Of a DNA stretch of 64,000 nt, positions 10,092 through 20,532 are shown one piece after another. The stretch is taken from contig CAXVYR010000003.1 of NCBI GenBank assembly GCA_963666975.2, positions 96,001-160,000 of the forward strand. Direction: 5' to 3'. This stretch comes from Terriglobia bacterium (GTDB lineage Bacteria; Acidobacteriota; Terriglobia; 2-12-FULL-54-10). Made by a program: the position numbers and the translations under genes. How positions within the stretch are numbered: position 1 is the stretch's first letter; each line of letters opens with the position of its first letter. The notes beneath the pieces were generated by a model. It saw nothing but the letters and a program-made list of their open reading frames with translations. It was not told the DNA's origin and made no database searches.

Positions 10092-10937
10092 GTCCGCGCG
10101 GAGCTTACATTCGCGCAGGCGCAGCTTAAGAGAACCCAACGGCTCGCCGAGCAAGAGATCGTTTCTCAAGAACAACTCGATGCCGCTGAGCTTGAGGACC
10201 ACGCCAAGGAAGAAGCGCTGGACGCGGCCGAGTTTGCCGTCCGAAACGCCGAATACGAGCTTGAGGTCGCGCGAACGAGCCTGCTCCAGACGGAGGGGGA
10301 TTCCGCTAGCCCGGTTGAGGGAAGCAGCGGCCGGAAACCGATCCTCATCTACTCTCCTGTCAACGGAGTTGTTCTGCGCAGCCTGAGGGAGAGCCAGGCA
10401 GTGGTCCCGGCAGGAGAGCCGCTGCTGGAGGTGGGGGACCCCGCCGACCTGGAGATTGTTTCCGATCTTCTTTCCACCGATGCCGTTAAAATCCGCCCCG
10501 GAAACAAAATACTGATCGAGGAGTGGGGCGGTGGCAATCCCTTGCGCGGCCGGGTCCGGCGGATTGAGCCCTCCGGTTTTACGAAAATCTCAGCGCTCGG
10601 CATTGAGGAGCAGCGGGTGAACGGCATTATCGACTTCGAGGATTCCCGCGAGGCCTGGGAAGCCCTGGGCGACGGCTACCGGGTGGAGGTGCGAATCACT
10701 ATCTGGGAACGCGAGGATGTTCTCAAAATTCCCACCAGCAGCCTGTTCCGCGACGGTGAGCGGTGGGCCGTCTTCACAGTGGAGGAGGGCAAGGCCGTGC
10801 GGCGGACAGTAGAAATCGGCCAGCGGAACGGCCTGGAGGCGGAGGTCCTGTCCGGGTTTTCCGAGGGTGAGATGGTCTTGGTCCACCCGAGCGACGCCAT
10901 TTCCGACGGCGTAGCCGTCACATCGCGGTCTCCCTGA
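10092..10937 (+). pseudogene. HlyD/RND-type periplasmic adaptor (membrane fusion protein), N-terminally truncated
   Basis: Coiled-coil VRAELTFAQAQLKR..., SPVNGVVL, LLSTDAVKI, GFTKISALGIEEQRV; no start codon or signal anchor. Confidence 0.8.
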
Positions 10938-11261
10938 AACGCCATTGGAAGCCGAAGGGTGCACAGTCCTCAATCATCCTTCCTCCATCCAAAAGGGGCC
11001 AGGAATTTTGAGATTGACTCGACAGGCCAGCGGGCGTACGGTTTTTAGCTGAAGAGGGAAGAGGAAGGTTCAATCAGAATTTTCGCGGAAAAATAGCTGG
11101 ATCAGCCGGTCGAACGCAGTTCGGGACGTCCCGGATGCCTGCAGCTTTGCACAACAAGTATTCCGGCTTCCGAGCGATCCAGAAAATTGCTATTGCTCAC
11201 GTCAGTGCGGGATTCATCGTAGGAAATAGCGGTTGATAACGCAGAAGGTGAGGAGACGAGA

Positions 11262-11945
11262 ATGACTAAACATGATGAAGCTCGCCGCGCATTCCTGGTA
11301 CGCGCGGCGCTTGGCGCGGGGGCCGTTGCGGGTGCGGGGCTCATGCCCGATGTGTACGCCCAGAATCCAGAGCAGCGCAAGGAAGCAGACGCCTCAGCCC
11401 GCCCGCTTTCGAGCGGCGATGGGCATGGTGCGTTCTTCAACCGCGACAACGCCGCTACGATTGCGGCGTTCGCCGAGCGGCTCATGCCCGGCGCACCGGG
11501 CAAGCCGGGCGCGAGCGAAGCGGAAGTGATCAATTACATCGATCTGGCCCTCTCCGGCGCCTACGCCGATCTTCAGGATTTCTACCGGCGCGGGCTTGCT
11601 CAGCTCGATGACTATTGTCGCCAGACCTATAACGAGCGGTTCGTGCGGCTCGACACCGCGCGACAGGACGAAGTGATCACGGCGCTCGAAGAAGGCAAAG
11701 CAACCGGGTTCACGTGGCCCGCCGCGCAGGCGTTCTTCAACACCGTCCGTACGCATACCATAGAAGGCATGTTTGCCGACCCGATCTACGGCGGCAACAA
11801 GGACTTCGCCGGCTGGCGACTGGTGGGTTTCCCCGGCGTGCAAGCGACTTTCACGACGGCGGATATGCAGAGCAGACAAGCGTTCGTACGCGCGCCCATG
11901 ATCGGCTTGCAGGCGCAAGCCAAAGACCCAAAGCGGGGGACATAA
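11262..11945 (+). CDS. Gluconate 2-dehydrogenase subunit 3 family protein, Tat signal
   Basis: ARRAFL Tat motif; HTIEGMFADPIYGGNKDFAGWRLVGFPG. Confidence 0.9.
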   Translation: MTKHDEARRAFLVRAALGAGAVAGAGLMPDVYAQNPEQRKEADASARPLSSGDGHGAFFNRDNAATIAAFAERLMPGAPGKPGASEAEVINYIDLALSGAYADLQDFYRRGLAQLDDYCRQTYNERFVRLDTARQDEVITALEEGKATGFTWPAAQAFFNTVRTHTIEGMFADPIYGGNKDFAGWRLVGFPGVQATFTTADMQSRQAFVRAPMIGLQAQAKDPKRGT

Positions 11946-11948
11946 AGC

Positions 11949-13670
11949 ATGGCTACCGAAAAGACAGATGTCGTCATCATCGGAGTGGGCGCGGCAGGAG
12001 GGATACTCGCGGCCGAGCTCGGCAAAGCGGGCATGAAAGTCATTGGCCTGGAGCGCGGCCCGCGTCTGACCACCGCGGACTTCAGCTCGCTCGACGAATT
12101 GCGCTACTTCCAGCGGCAGGATCTGCGCCCCAACGTGAAGAGCCAGCCCGTCACTTGGCGGCCGAACGCGAATGCGCGAGCGAAACCTCTCTCACGGTTG
12201 AATTACGGCAACCAGGCGGGCGGCGGCACCATCCACTACGGCGCGGTCTCGTGGCGGTTGCACGAGGACGACTTCCGCGCGCGGTCGCAGACCATCGAGC
12301 GCTACGGAGCATCGGCCATCCCGGAAGACTCCTCGCTCATCGACTGGCCGCTGACTTACGCCGATCTAGAGCCCTACTATGATCGCGCCGAATATGAGAT
12401 CGGCGTGTCCGGCAAGGCGGGCAATGTGCAGGGACGCAAAATCGAGGGCGGCAACGTGTTCGAAGCGCCGCGCCGTCGCGAGTTTCCGCTGCCGCCTTTA
12501 CAAATAGACCAAGCGGGCGCGGTCTTCGACGCCGCCGCGCGCAAGCTGGGCTATCACCCGTTTTCGACACCGCGCACGATCCTCTCGAAGCCGTATCAGG
12601 GACGGCCCGGCTGCACCTACTGCGGCTTTTGCCAGGCATTCGGCTGCCACATCGGCGCGAAGTCGAGCATCCTCGTCACGAAGCTGCCCGAGGCCGATGC
12701 GACCGGCAACTTCCAGTTGCTCACCGGCGCCATGTGCTACCGCGTAAACAGCGACAACAGCGGGCGCGTGACCGGCGTGTCGTACTACGGCCCCGACGGC
12801 TCGGACAACACGATCGAGGCGGAGATCGTCATTCTCACTCCCTTCATCTACGACAATACGCGCCTGCTGCTGCTTTCCAAGACGGGAAAGTTCCCGGACG
12901 GCCTGGCCAACTCGAGCGGCCAAGTAGGCAAGCATCTAATGACCCACATCATGGCGAGAGCATTCGCCGCGTTCGACGACCGGCATATCAACATCTACAT
13001 GGGGCCGAGCGCGCAGAGGCATAGTATCGACGACTTCAACGCCGACAATTTCGACCATAGCGGTTTGGCCTTCATCCGCGGCGCGCAAATCTCGGTCATT
13101 CCCGCCGCCCTGGAGGCCGGCCCAATCGGCACCGCCGTCGGCATGAACCCGCCGCCGGGCATCCCGCGGTGGGGCGCGGCGTATCGCGACTTCCTCGCCA
13201 AGTACTTCACGCGCTACGCCGGGCTCAACGCGCAGACCGAGAACCTGCCGTACGCCGACCAGACGATTGACCTCGATCCGGACGTGCGCGATCAGTGGGG
13301 CTTGCCGGCGCCGCGCCTGACCTACGACTGGCGGAGGCCGAACGAGCTTGCGCGCGTCGAGTACATGATGCGGAAGTTGGAAGCGCTGGGCCGCGCGATG
13401 GGTGCAACGCACGTGTGGCGCGCGCCCCTAAACCAGGGCTCCCCGGGCGCGCACCACGAGGGCGGCACGCGCATGGGGAGCGATCCGGCAACTTCGGTGG
13501 TGAACCGCTACGGCCAGAGCTGGGACATCCCGAATCTTTTCATCATCGGCAGCTCGACCCACCCAACGATGAGCGGCTTCAACCCGACGCTGACGATCCA
13601 GGCGCTCGCCTACATGAGCGCCGATGCCATTGTGAATCGCTACAAGAACAATCCCGGACCGCTTATTTAG
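11949..13670 (+). CDS. GMC-family oxidoreductase (gluconate 2-dehydrogenase flavoprotein-like)
   Basis: GVGAAG FAD motif, GGGTIHY, CTYCGFC..FGC, HHEGGTRMG, NPTLTIQALA. Confidence 0.92.
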   Translation: MATEKTDVVIIGVGAAGGILAAELGKAGMKVIGLERGPRLTTADFSSLDELRYFQRQDLRPNVKSQPVTWRPNANARAKPLSRLNYGNQAGGGTIHYGAVSWRLHEDDFRARSQTIERYGASAIPEDSSLIDWPLTYADLEPYYDRAEYEIGVSGKAGNVQGRKIEGGNVFEAPRRREFPLPPLQIDQAGAVFDAAARKLGYHPFSTPRTILSKPYQGRPGCTYCGFCQAFGCHIGAKSSILVTKLPEADATGNFQLLTGAMCYRVNSDNSGRVTGVSYYGPDGSDNTIEAEIVILTPFIYDNTRLLLLSKTGKFPDGLANSSGQVGKHLMTHIMARAFAAFDDRHINIYMGPSAQRHSIDDFNADNFDHSGLAFIRGAQISVIPAALEAGPIGTAVGMNPPPGIPRWGAAYRDFLAKYFTRYAGLNAQTENLPYADQTIDLDPDVRDQWGLPAPRLTYDWRRPNELARVEYMMRKLEALGRAMGATHVWRAPLNQGSPGAHHEGGTRMGSDPATSVVNRYGQSWDIPNLFIIGSSTHPTMSGFNPTLTIQALAYMSADAIVNRYKNNPGPLI

Positions 13671-14039
13671 CGATCACTAGGACCAGTAGCCTCCTGCTGC
13701 TGAACCACGATACCGAATTATGCGAACACGCTGACAGCGCCAGATTCCGCTTCGGTGATTTTCTCCGCTTTCGAGATTTCGACATCGACGACGGCTTCCT
13801 TGACCGTTGCCGTTAAGAATTCCATTGAACCTTGGAAAACTACGCCAAGCTAGCAGGGGTCGCAAAATGTCTCGAAAACAACCTGCGCGATTCAAATGGC
13901 CGTAAAATACCCTGCCCGGAAACTGACCCCCTCCCGAATGACAACACTCCTGGTTCTTTGGGCCCGGCGCTGATAAAATCTAAGGTGCAAGCAAACAAAC
14001 TGCAAAGGGAGAGGGTGCTGGTTTCCTTCCGATACCGAG

Positions 14040-14480
14040 ATGAGAAAAGATTCCCGCCGGCGAGTCCCGAGAAAATTCTGCTTCGCATGCGGAGTCGACA
14101 ACAGCCAGGGCATGCGCCTGAAGTTTTCGGTTGATCCCGAGAAGCGGATTGTCGAGGGGATATTTAACATAGCCCACCGCTATCAGGGGCCGCCGTCCTA
14201 CGTGCATGGCGGCGTGATCGCCGTATTGTTGGATGAGGCGATGGGAAAACTGAATCGCCTGGATGGCATTGTCGCGATGACGGCGGAGATGACCGTTCAG
14301 TACCTCCGTCCGGTGCCGCTCGGGCGCAAGATTCTGGTGAAGGCATGGCCCGTGCAGCATCGCGGCCGGAATTACTGGCGGGAGTGCACCATCCACGATT
14401 CGCAGGGAAAATTGCTGGTTCAAAGCAAAGGAAGATTTGTAAAGGTTGCCGTGCGAGAGGACCCGGTTCAATATGAATGA
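14040..14480 (+). CDS. PaaI-family thioesterase
   Basis: [22 protein letters not shown] hotdog motif. Confidence 0.85.
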   Translation: MRKDSRRRVPRKFCFACGVDNSQGMRLKFSVDPEKRIVEGIFNIAHRYQGPPSYVHGGVIAVLLDEAMGKLNRLDGIVAMTAEMTVQYLRPVPLGRKILVKAWPVQHRGRNYWRECTIHDSQGKLLVQSKGRFVKVAVREDPVQYE

Positions 14481-14512
14481 GCGCCCCTTCGGCTGCCCAG
14501 GAGGAAGCAATT

Positions 14513-15394
14513 ATGGCTGAACAATTATACAGATTGAAAACCGGACTCGCCGAGATGTTGAAAGGCGGGGTCATCATGGACGTCACCAACGCCGAGCAGT
14601 CCCGGATCGCCGAGGAAGCCGGAGCGGTGGCCGTCATGGCCCTGGAGCGGGTTCCCGCCGACATCCGCAAAGAGGGCGGCGTGGCGCGCATGGCCTCGAT
14701 CCAGGTGATTCGCGCGATTCAGAAGACCGTCAGCATTCCCGTGATGGCCAAGGTGCGCATCGGCCACGCGGCTGAAGCCCAGGTCTTGCAGGCGCTGGAA
14801 GTCGATTACATCGACGAGAGCGAAGTGCTCACGCCCGCCGACGAGGAGCACCACATCCACAAACATGCCTTTGGGGTTCCTTTCGTTTGCGGAGCCCGCA
14901 ATCTGGGCGAAGCTCTGCGGCGCATTGCGGAAGGAGCGGCGCTGATTCGGACCAAGGGGGAGGCAGGCTCGGGCAACGTGGTGGAGGCGGTGAGGCACAT
15001 CCGCGCCATCGTGCGGGATATCCGGAGGCTGGCAACCCTGCCGGAAGAGGAACTGCTGAGCGAGTCCAAGAAGCTGGGTGCTCCCTATGAGCTGATTCGG
15101 ATGGTGGCGCGCGATGGCCGTCTGCCGGTTCCGAACTTCTCTGCGGGCGGCCTCGCCACGCCGGCTGACGCAGCTCTGGTCATGCAGCTTGGCGCGGAGG
15201 CTGTTTTTGTGGGTTCGGGAATTTTTAAGTCCACGGACCCGGAACGCCGCGCCAAGGCCATTGTGAAGGCAGTCACTCATTACAACGATCCTGCTGTCTT
15301 GCTGGAATGCTCGGAGCAATTGGGAGAGGCCATGCGGGGGCTCGACGTGGCCAGCATGGATGAAAAAGATTTGCTGCAAACGCGGGGTTGGTAG
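14513..15394 (+). CDS. pdxS: Pyridoxal 5'-phosphate synthase lyase subunit
   Basis: [38 protein letters not shown]; RBS GGAGG. Confidence 0.97.
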   Translation: MAEQLYRLKTGLAEMLKGGVIMDVTNAEQSRIAEEAGAVAVMALERVPADIRKEGGVARMASIQVIRAIQKTVSIPVMAKVRIGHAAEAQVLQALEVDYIDESEVLTPADEEHHIHKHAFGVPFVCGARNLGEALRRIAEGAALIRTKGEAGSGNVVEAVRHIRAIVRDIRRLATLPEEELLSESKKLGAPYELIRMVARDGRLPVPNFSAGGLATPADAALVMQLGAEAVFVGSGIFKSTDPERRAKAIVKAVTHYNDPAVLLECSEQLGEAMRGLDVASMDEKDLLQTRGW

Positions 15395-15407
15395 GGAGTT
15401 GATGTAG

Positions 15408-16001
15408 ATGGCTCCTGTCGGCATCCTGGCAGTGCAGGGAGATTTCCAGGCGCATGGCAAAGCTCTGGACCGTCTGGGGACTGCCTGGCGATTAGTAAAA
15501 AAGCCTTCCGAGTTGACCGGCCTTTCCGGCCTCATCCTGCCGGGCGGGGAGAGCACAACCTTTTTGAAATTCCTGCAAGAAGAAGCCTGGTTCGAGCCGA
15601 TCCGCCGGTTTGCCAGTTCGCAGCCGATTTTCGGAACCTGTGCCGGGGCGATCCTGCTGGCGGAAAAGGTGGAGAATCCCTCCCAAAACAGTCTAGGGTT
15701 GTTGCATGTGACCGTCCGAAGAAACGGCTATGGACGCCAGCTTTCCAGCTCCGTCCAAACCGTGGAGGCCGAACCGGAGTTGCAGATAGGCCTGGAGGCC
15801 GGCGCGCCGCTCGAAGCCGTGCTGATCCGCGCCCCCGTGATCCTCCGGGTTGCTCCCCAAGTTCGGGTCCTGGCTCGTTTGAATGGGCAAGCCGTGCTCG
15901 TTCGGGAAGGCTCGGTGCTGGCCGGGACATTCCACCCGGAGTTGACTTCCGACAGCCGGGTTCATCGTTACTTTTGTGGCATGTTCGCTGACGGGAGTTA
16001 G
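15408..16001 (+). CDS. pdxT: PLP synthase glutaminase subunit
   Basis: GILAVQGDF..H, LPGGESTT, GTCAG, FHPELT; follows pdxS. Confidence 0.95.
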   Translation: MAPVGILAVQGDFQAHGKALDRLGTAWRLVKKPSELTGLSGLILPGGESTTFLKFLQEEAWFEPIRRFASSQPIFGTCAGAILLAEKVENPSQNSLGLLHVTVRRNGYGRQLSSSVQTVEAEPELQIGLEAGAPLEAVLIRAPVILRVAPQVRVLARLNGQAVLVREGSVLAGTFHPELTSDSRVHRYFCGMFADGS

Positions 16002-16219
16002 GTGAGAAATTCCTAAGCCTGAGCAGAAAGCGGCACCCCTCAAAGGTCCTAGGACCATTTCTGTCGCTTAGTACTGACATATTTTGTCAATTTCCTCCCT
16101 TTATATCCCAGTGCCGAGCGGGTATAGCCAGCCGACAGATATTTGTTTTCATTATTAAGTAATTGATAAGAAAAGAGATAAATTGTGTATCAAAAATAGG
16201 GCCGCTTGAAAATGGGGCT

Positions 16220-16235
16220 TGGACCTTTATTTGCT
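16220..16235 (+). promoter_or_regulatory. Putative sigma54 (-24/-12) promoter of the pilin gene
   Basis: TGGACCTTTATTTGCT = GG-N10-GC, preceded by an AT-rich tract. Confidence 0.6.
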
Positions 16236-16305
16236 ACTTTTCCAGCCGATATGGGAAAGTGGGAAGAGTGGGACAAGCTTTAGAATACTACAGAGAGAGG
16301 GAAAA

Positions 16306-16830
16306 ATGAGAAAACAGAAAGGTTTTTCGTTGATTGAGCTGTTGATCGTGGTGGCTATCATCCTGATCATTGCAGCGATTGCGGTACCGAACTTGTTGAG
16401 GTCCAGAATGGCGGCTAACGAGGCCTCTGCGGCCAGCGCGTTGCGGACGGTTGGCACGGCCAATATCACCTATTCCTCAACTTACAACATTGGTTTTGCG
16501 GGAGCACTTTCGGATCTCGGAGCTGGAGCGGCGGTGGCAACAAACTCCTCGGACCTGCTGGATTCGGTCCTGTCCGGCACCAACCCGGCTACGGCTGCTC
16601 CGGTCAAGAGCGGGTATCGGTTCACTTATGTTGCGGCCAACGCAACGCCAACTGCGGCGACGCCGAACGGCACCTTTGGCATTGAGGCGACACCGACTGC
16701 AGCGGGCTCCTCGGGCACCAGCACCTTCTGCATGGATATGGGCAATGTGGTTCTTAGAGACCCCGTAGGGGGCGCCACAGGTGTAGTGGCTACCGGTTGT
16801 GCAGCTTTTGCTACCGGCGTTCCGATGTAA
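16306..16830 (+). CDS. Type IV pilin-like protein (prepilin N-terminal methylation domain)
   Basis: MRKQKG|FSLIELLIVVAIILIIAAIAVP, C-terminal Cys pair. Confidence 0.92.
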   Translation: MRKQKGFSLIELLIVVAIILIIAAIAVPNLLRSRMAANEASAASALRTVGTANITYSSTYNIGFAGALSDLGAGAAVATNSSDLLDSVLSGTNPATAAPVKSGYRFTYVAANATPTAATPNGTFGIEATPTAAGSSGTSTFCMDMGNVVLRDPVGGATGVVATGCAAFATGVPM

Positions 16831-16848
16831 TTTGGATAGCCTGTCATT

Positions 16849-16886
16849 TAGGTTAAACAGGTAGGTTAAACAGGTAGGTTAAACGG
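16849..16886. repeat. 13-bp tandem repeat TAGGTTAAACAGG (about 3 copies)
   Basis: Read directly from sequence. Confidence 0.8.
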
Positions 16887-16913
16887 GAGGGCTTCGGCTC
16901 TCCCGTTTTTTTT
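16881..16913 (+). terminator. Intrinsic terminator after the pilin gene
   Basis: AAACGGGAGGGC-TTCG-GCTCTCCCGTTT plus T-run. Confidence 0.85.
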
Positions 16914-16945
16914 GCCCAGGCGACGGGAATATAACGAGGGGAGCC

Positions 16946-18724
16946 TCAGCGATTGTCCGGCGAGGAGCGCAAGTCGGAGAGCAACCGGCCCACCTCTCCG
17001 GCATCGCCCCAAAAGCGATAGAGAAAGCCGGCTGGGTTGGAAGTTTGGCCGGTCAGAATCAGGGCGGTGCGCAGCGATTGGCGGGCGTCCTGCAAATCCC
17101 CTTGTTTCCATTTGAGAAAGCCGTCAATCACCAGGACGCTGGGGTCATTGGCATCGAGGTTTTTTCCCGCCTCCATGGCGCGGGTTGCTTGGTCCGGGTT
17201 GCCGGCCCAGTAATGCGCCCTGGCTAACTTGGAGTAAAACTCCGCTGTGATGTAGCTTCCTCCTTGCTCCAAAGCCATGTTGTAAGCGATGAGGCCCTGC
17301 CGGTAATCCCTTGCGGCAAGCGTATAGGCGTCTCCCAGATAGGTGAGATAGCGGGGATGGGCTCGAATCTCAACGGCCTGAATCAACTCCTTTACGCCTT
17401 GTTCGGTCCTCCCTCGTTGTAGCAGGGCCTGCCCCAGGTTGTTGTGGCAATACGCCGAGGTCATGCAGGTCTGGGTGGTAGCTGCCCAGAGCGTGAGATT
17501 GTTGCTCCAGACCGGCAGGTGATTTTGTGTATGCCAGGCAAATGCGAGCAAGATGACGCCCATCACCGCTTCCCAGCCCAGGCGCTGCCAAAGCCTGGCG
17601 AGGCGGTCTCCCACCAGGAAAAACAGCTTGCTCCCCAGCACAAACATCCCGATGGCCGGGATGTAGAGATAACGGTCCGCGACCCAAATCGGGAAGGGAA
17701 CGATTTGCAGCACAGGCGCCAGGAAAACGAAAAACCAGAGGCCCCAGAACTGTATGCTCCGGTTGCTGCGATACAGCAGCCAGAGGATTCCCAGCACAGC
17801 GCACCAGCCAATTCCCAGAACCCAGTTGAAATCTTCATAGATGACGGCCATTTGCCAGGCCGACAGAGGGTGAGGGAAGACCACCATGCGGATGTAAAAC
17901 AGAACCAGTTGGGGAAAGTTCTGGAGGTGCAAGCTCAATCCGCCGTAGTAGGAGGTCTCCAGGGTATCCTGCGAGGCGTAGAAGACGCTTAAGTGGATGA
18001 CGGTAAATATCGCGCTCATCAGGAAAAACCAGCCCAGACTCCCCACCCGGCTCTTTTTGAAGGAGAACCCTTGCTTGTAGTCATACAAAAGGAAGATGGC
18101 GGGGGCCACAATGGTGTTGACCTTGGCCAGCAGGGAGAGGATAAAAAGCAGCGAGCATAAGATTCCGTCCGACCAGCGTGCCCTCTCCCGCAGCCGGATG
18201 AAAAACCAAAACGACAGCAGGAAGAAGAAAAACGCCAGAGTGCTTTTAGTCTCTGAAATCCATGCGACGGTCTCAATGTTGGCCGGATGCACGGCGAACA
18301 AAAGGCTGGCCAGCAGAGCGACGCGAGGCGCTTCCAGTTTCTTCAGGATGAAGTAGAGCAGGCAGACGCACCCTGCGTGGACCAGGAGTTGGCCCAGGTG
18401 GTATCCCATCGCCTCCAAACCGGAAAAGGAATGGAGGATAGCCAGGAAAGCGTGCTGGATGGGCGCGTAGTGGCCCAGATAGGTGCTGGTCCAAACTGCC
18501 CAGAGGCGCGCCAGGGAGAGCCCGTGAATGCGGTAGTTACGCTCAATGTAGGCGATATCGTCCCAGACAAAGTTGAAATAAAGCGTGGTCGCATAAAGCG
18601 CAAAGGTCACAGCGAGCAGAAGAGCATAGGGCAGAAACCTTTGCCGCGCGTCGATCCTTTCCGGGAACCCGAAGAAGGTGTAGTTGTTGTTCAAGGTGTA
18701 TCTATTGTTCATAGATGTGTTCAT
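16946..18724 (-). CDS. TMTC-like GT-C membrane glycosyltransferase with C-terminal TPRs
   Basis: FVWDD loop, LLFAVHP.N.E.VAWISE, ADRYLYIP, many TM helices, TPR tail; start uncertain (repeat tract). Confidence 0.8.
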   Translation of the reverse strand: MNTSMNNRYTLNNNYTFFGFPERIDARQRFLPYALLLAVTFALYATTLYFNFVWDDIAYIERNYRIHGLSLARLWAVWTSTYLGHYAPIQHAFLAILHSFSGLEAMGYHLGQLLVHAGCVCLLYFILKKLEAPRVALLASLLFAVHPANIETVAWISETKSTLAFFFFLLSFWFFIRLRERARWSDGILCSLLFILSLLAKVNTIVAPAIFLLYDYKQGFSFKKSRVGSLGWFFLMSAIFTVIHLSVFYASQDTLETSYYGGLSLHLQNFPQLVLFYIRMVVFPHPLSAWQMAVIYEDFNWVLGIGWCAVLGILWLLYRSNRSIQFWGLWFFVFLAPVLQIVPFPIWVADRYLYIPAIGMFVLGSKLFFLVGDRLARLWQRLGWEAVMGVILLAFAWHTQNHLPVWSNNLTLWAATTQTCMTSAYCHNNLGQALLQRGRTEQGVKELIQAVEIRAHPRYLTYLGDAYTLAARDYRQGLIAYNMALEQGGSYITAEFYSKLARAHYWAGNPDQATRAMEAGKNLDANDPSVLVIDGFLKWKQGDLQDARQSLRTALILTGQTSNPAGFLYRFWGDAGEVGRLLSDLRSSPDNR

Positions 18725-18836
18725 AGAGGCAGCGGTTGTTCATAGCAGCAATGTTTCATGTGCTCATAGAAGCTGCTGTTTCATGGAAGAGTATGATGGC
18801 CGCCGAGTATGTGCCGGGATGCGGGCGCCCCGCGAA

Positions 18837-19799
18837 TCAGGGCGCAAGTTTTTGCGCCGTGACCGTCAGAGTGCCTCCTTGCCCCCGCGCAGCGTCCCAG
18901 AGGGCGCTCAGCAAAGCGGGCGAAGCCAGCAGAGTTGCCGCTGCCACCATGCGGACGCCTTCCGCCACGGGCGGCACCCGTTCCGATTTTAGCAGACCGT
19001 ACAGATGGTTGTCGTCCTGGAGGGCGCGGTTCATCCAGCTCTGTAGCGTCCCGAACCAGTCATACTCGAATGAAAATGTCCCCCAGCGAGCTGGCTGGAA
19101 TCCGTTGTCTCCGAGCAGGGCCTGGAGGGTGGGCCGGCGAAAGTGCCAGAGATGGCGCGGCGGGTCCAGATGAAACCAATGCGGCCCGGAGGCTTGTGCC
19201 TGCGCGCCCCCGTAGTTGGGGACGGCCAGCGACAGCCAGCCGCCGGGCTTCAGAATGCGGTGAATCTCCCGCAACGTCTGCGCGGGGTGATGCAGGTGTT
19301 CAAGCACATGCCATAGAACCACCAGTTGAAAGTGATCGTCGGGAAAGGAGCACTCGGCAAGGTCCTTGTAGAAAACGTTGGGGACCGAATGCCCCAGCGG
19401 CGAGGGGCGTTCAATTCCGTAAGCCTCAATGCCGGAGGCGCGAGCCAGCTTCAGCAAATCGCCGCGGCCGCATCCAATGTCCAGCAACGGCCCGGCGGGT
19501 TCGAGCAAAGGCCGCAGTTGCCTCCATTTCAGCCGGGTCAGGGCGGCGACACCGGCCTCGGCGGCGGAGAAGAACTTCTTTCTGTCTTTGCCGTAATAGG
19601 TTTCGCTGTAAAAGGGAGCCAGCTCGGCATCCGAGAGCTGCGGAAAAAGAAAAACCGAGCCGCACTGCGCGCATTCCAACAGGCGAAACGGTTCCGCAGC
19701 GGAGCGGGGATGGAACGGGCCGGAGGAAACGCAAGCAGGGCACGCGCCCGGCTGGCTAGGAGAATTGTTTGAATCGGTGAATTCCGGTGCGGTGGACAA
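18837..19799 (-). CDS. Class I SAM-dependent methyltransferase with N-terminal Zn-ribbon
   Basis: CPAC..CAQC, LLDIGCGRG, WHVLEH, LKPGG, DPPRHLWHF. Confidence 0.88.
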   Translation of the reverse strand: MSTAPEFTDSNNSPSQPGACPACVSSGPFHPRSAAEPFRLLECAQCGSVFLFPQLSDAELAPFYSETYYGKDRKKFFSAAEAGVAALTRLKWRQLRPLLEPAGPLLDIGCGRGDLLKLARASGIEAYGIERPSPLGHSVPNVFYKDLAECSFPDDHFQLVVLWHVLEHLHHPAQTLREIHRILKPGGWLSLAVPNYGGAQAQASGPHWFHLDPPRHLWHFRRPTLQALLGDNGFQPARWGTFSFEYDWFGTLQSWMNRALQDDNHLYGLLKSERVPPVAEGVRMVAAATLLASPALLSALWDAARGQGGTLTVTAQKLAP

Positions 19800-20532
19800 A
19801 GTGTTTCCCGATCGTTTTCAGAATTCCCAGGCCATAGACGCATCCCTGCCCGAAACGCACGGAGGAACAGTCGAAGCTATAGCGCGTTGTAACCGGGATC
19901 TCTTTGAAGCGGAGTCCCTTGAGAAACATCTGAACGATAATTTCATTGTCAAAGAGAAAATCCTCGGAGTTGGCCTCAAAGTTTACGCTTTCGAGAGCTT
20001 GCCGCGTATAGGCGCGGTAGCCGGTGTGGAACTCGGAAAATTTTGTGCCGAGCGCCAGGTTTTCGATCCTCGTGAGAAATTTGTTCGCCACGTATTTCCA
20101 GAGAGGCATTCCGCCTGCGAGCGGGTCGCCCAGCATGCGGGACGCCAGGACCACGTCCGCCTCTCCGGCGCGCAGCGGCGCCACCAGATTGCTAATGATG
20201 GTGGGGTCGTACTGGTAATCGGGATGCAGCATGACCACGAATTCAGCTCCTTGCTCCAGCGCGCGGGTGTAGCAGGTCTTTTGATTGCCGCCGTATCCGC
20301 GATTTTTGCGATGGCGGATCGCTGTAATCGGCAGCGAGTTGGCCACGGCCCATGTGCCGTCCGAGCTGGCGTCATCGACCAGTATGATCTCGTCATAGCT
20401 GTTCGGAGGGATGGTGTAGTAGGTCTTCGCCAGCGTCCGTGCTGCGTTGTAGGCGGGCATCACCACGATGGTCTTGGGATGCTGGCTTGTCTGCTCAACC
20501 TGCTTTTCGGTCCCGCTCTGTGGAAGCGTCAT
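19756..20532 (-). CDS. GT2 glycosyltransferase (DPM1-like polyprenol-phosphate sugar synthase type)
   Basis: VVMPAYN, LVDDASSD, NRGYGGNQK, MLHPDYQY, EFHTGYRAY. Confidence 0.88.
   Translation of the reverse strand: MTLPQSGTEKQVEQTSQHPKTIVVMPAYNAARTLAKTYYTIPPNSYDEIILVDDASSDGTWAVANSLPITAIRHRKNRGYGGNQKTCYTRALEQGAEFVVMLHPDYQYDPTIISNLVAPLRAGEADVVLASRMLGDPLAGGMPLWKYVANKFLTRIENLALGTKFSEFHTGYRAYTRQALESVNFEANSEDFLFDNEIIVQMFLKGLRFKEIPVTTRYSFDCSSVRFGQGCVYGLGILKTIGKHFVHRTGIHRFKQFS

Noticed and set aside
13677-13830. Short minus-strand reading frame (MEFLTATVKEAVVDVEISKAEK..) as a gene remnant
   Set aside because: Too short, interrupted by a stop, and no recognisable family
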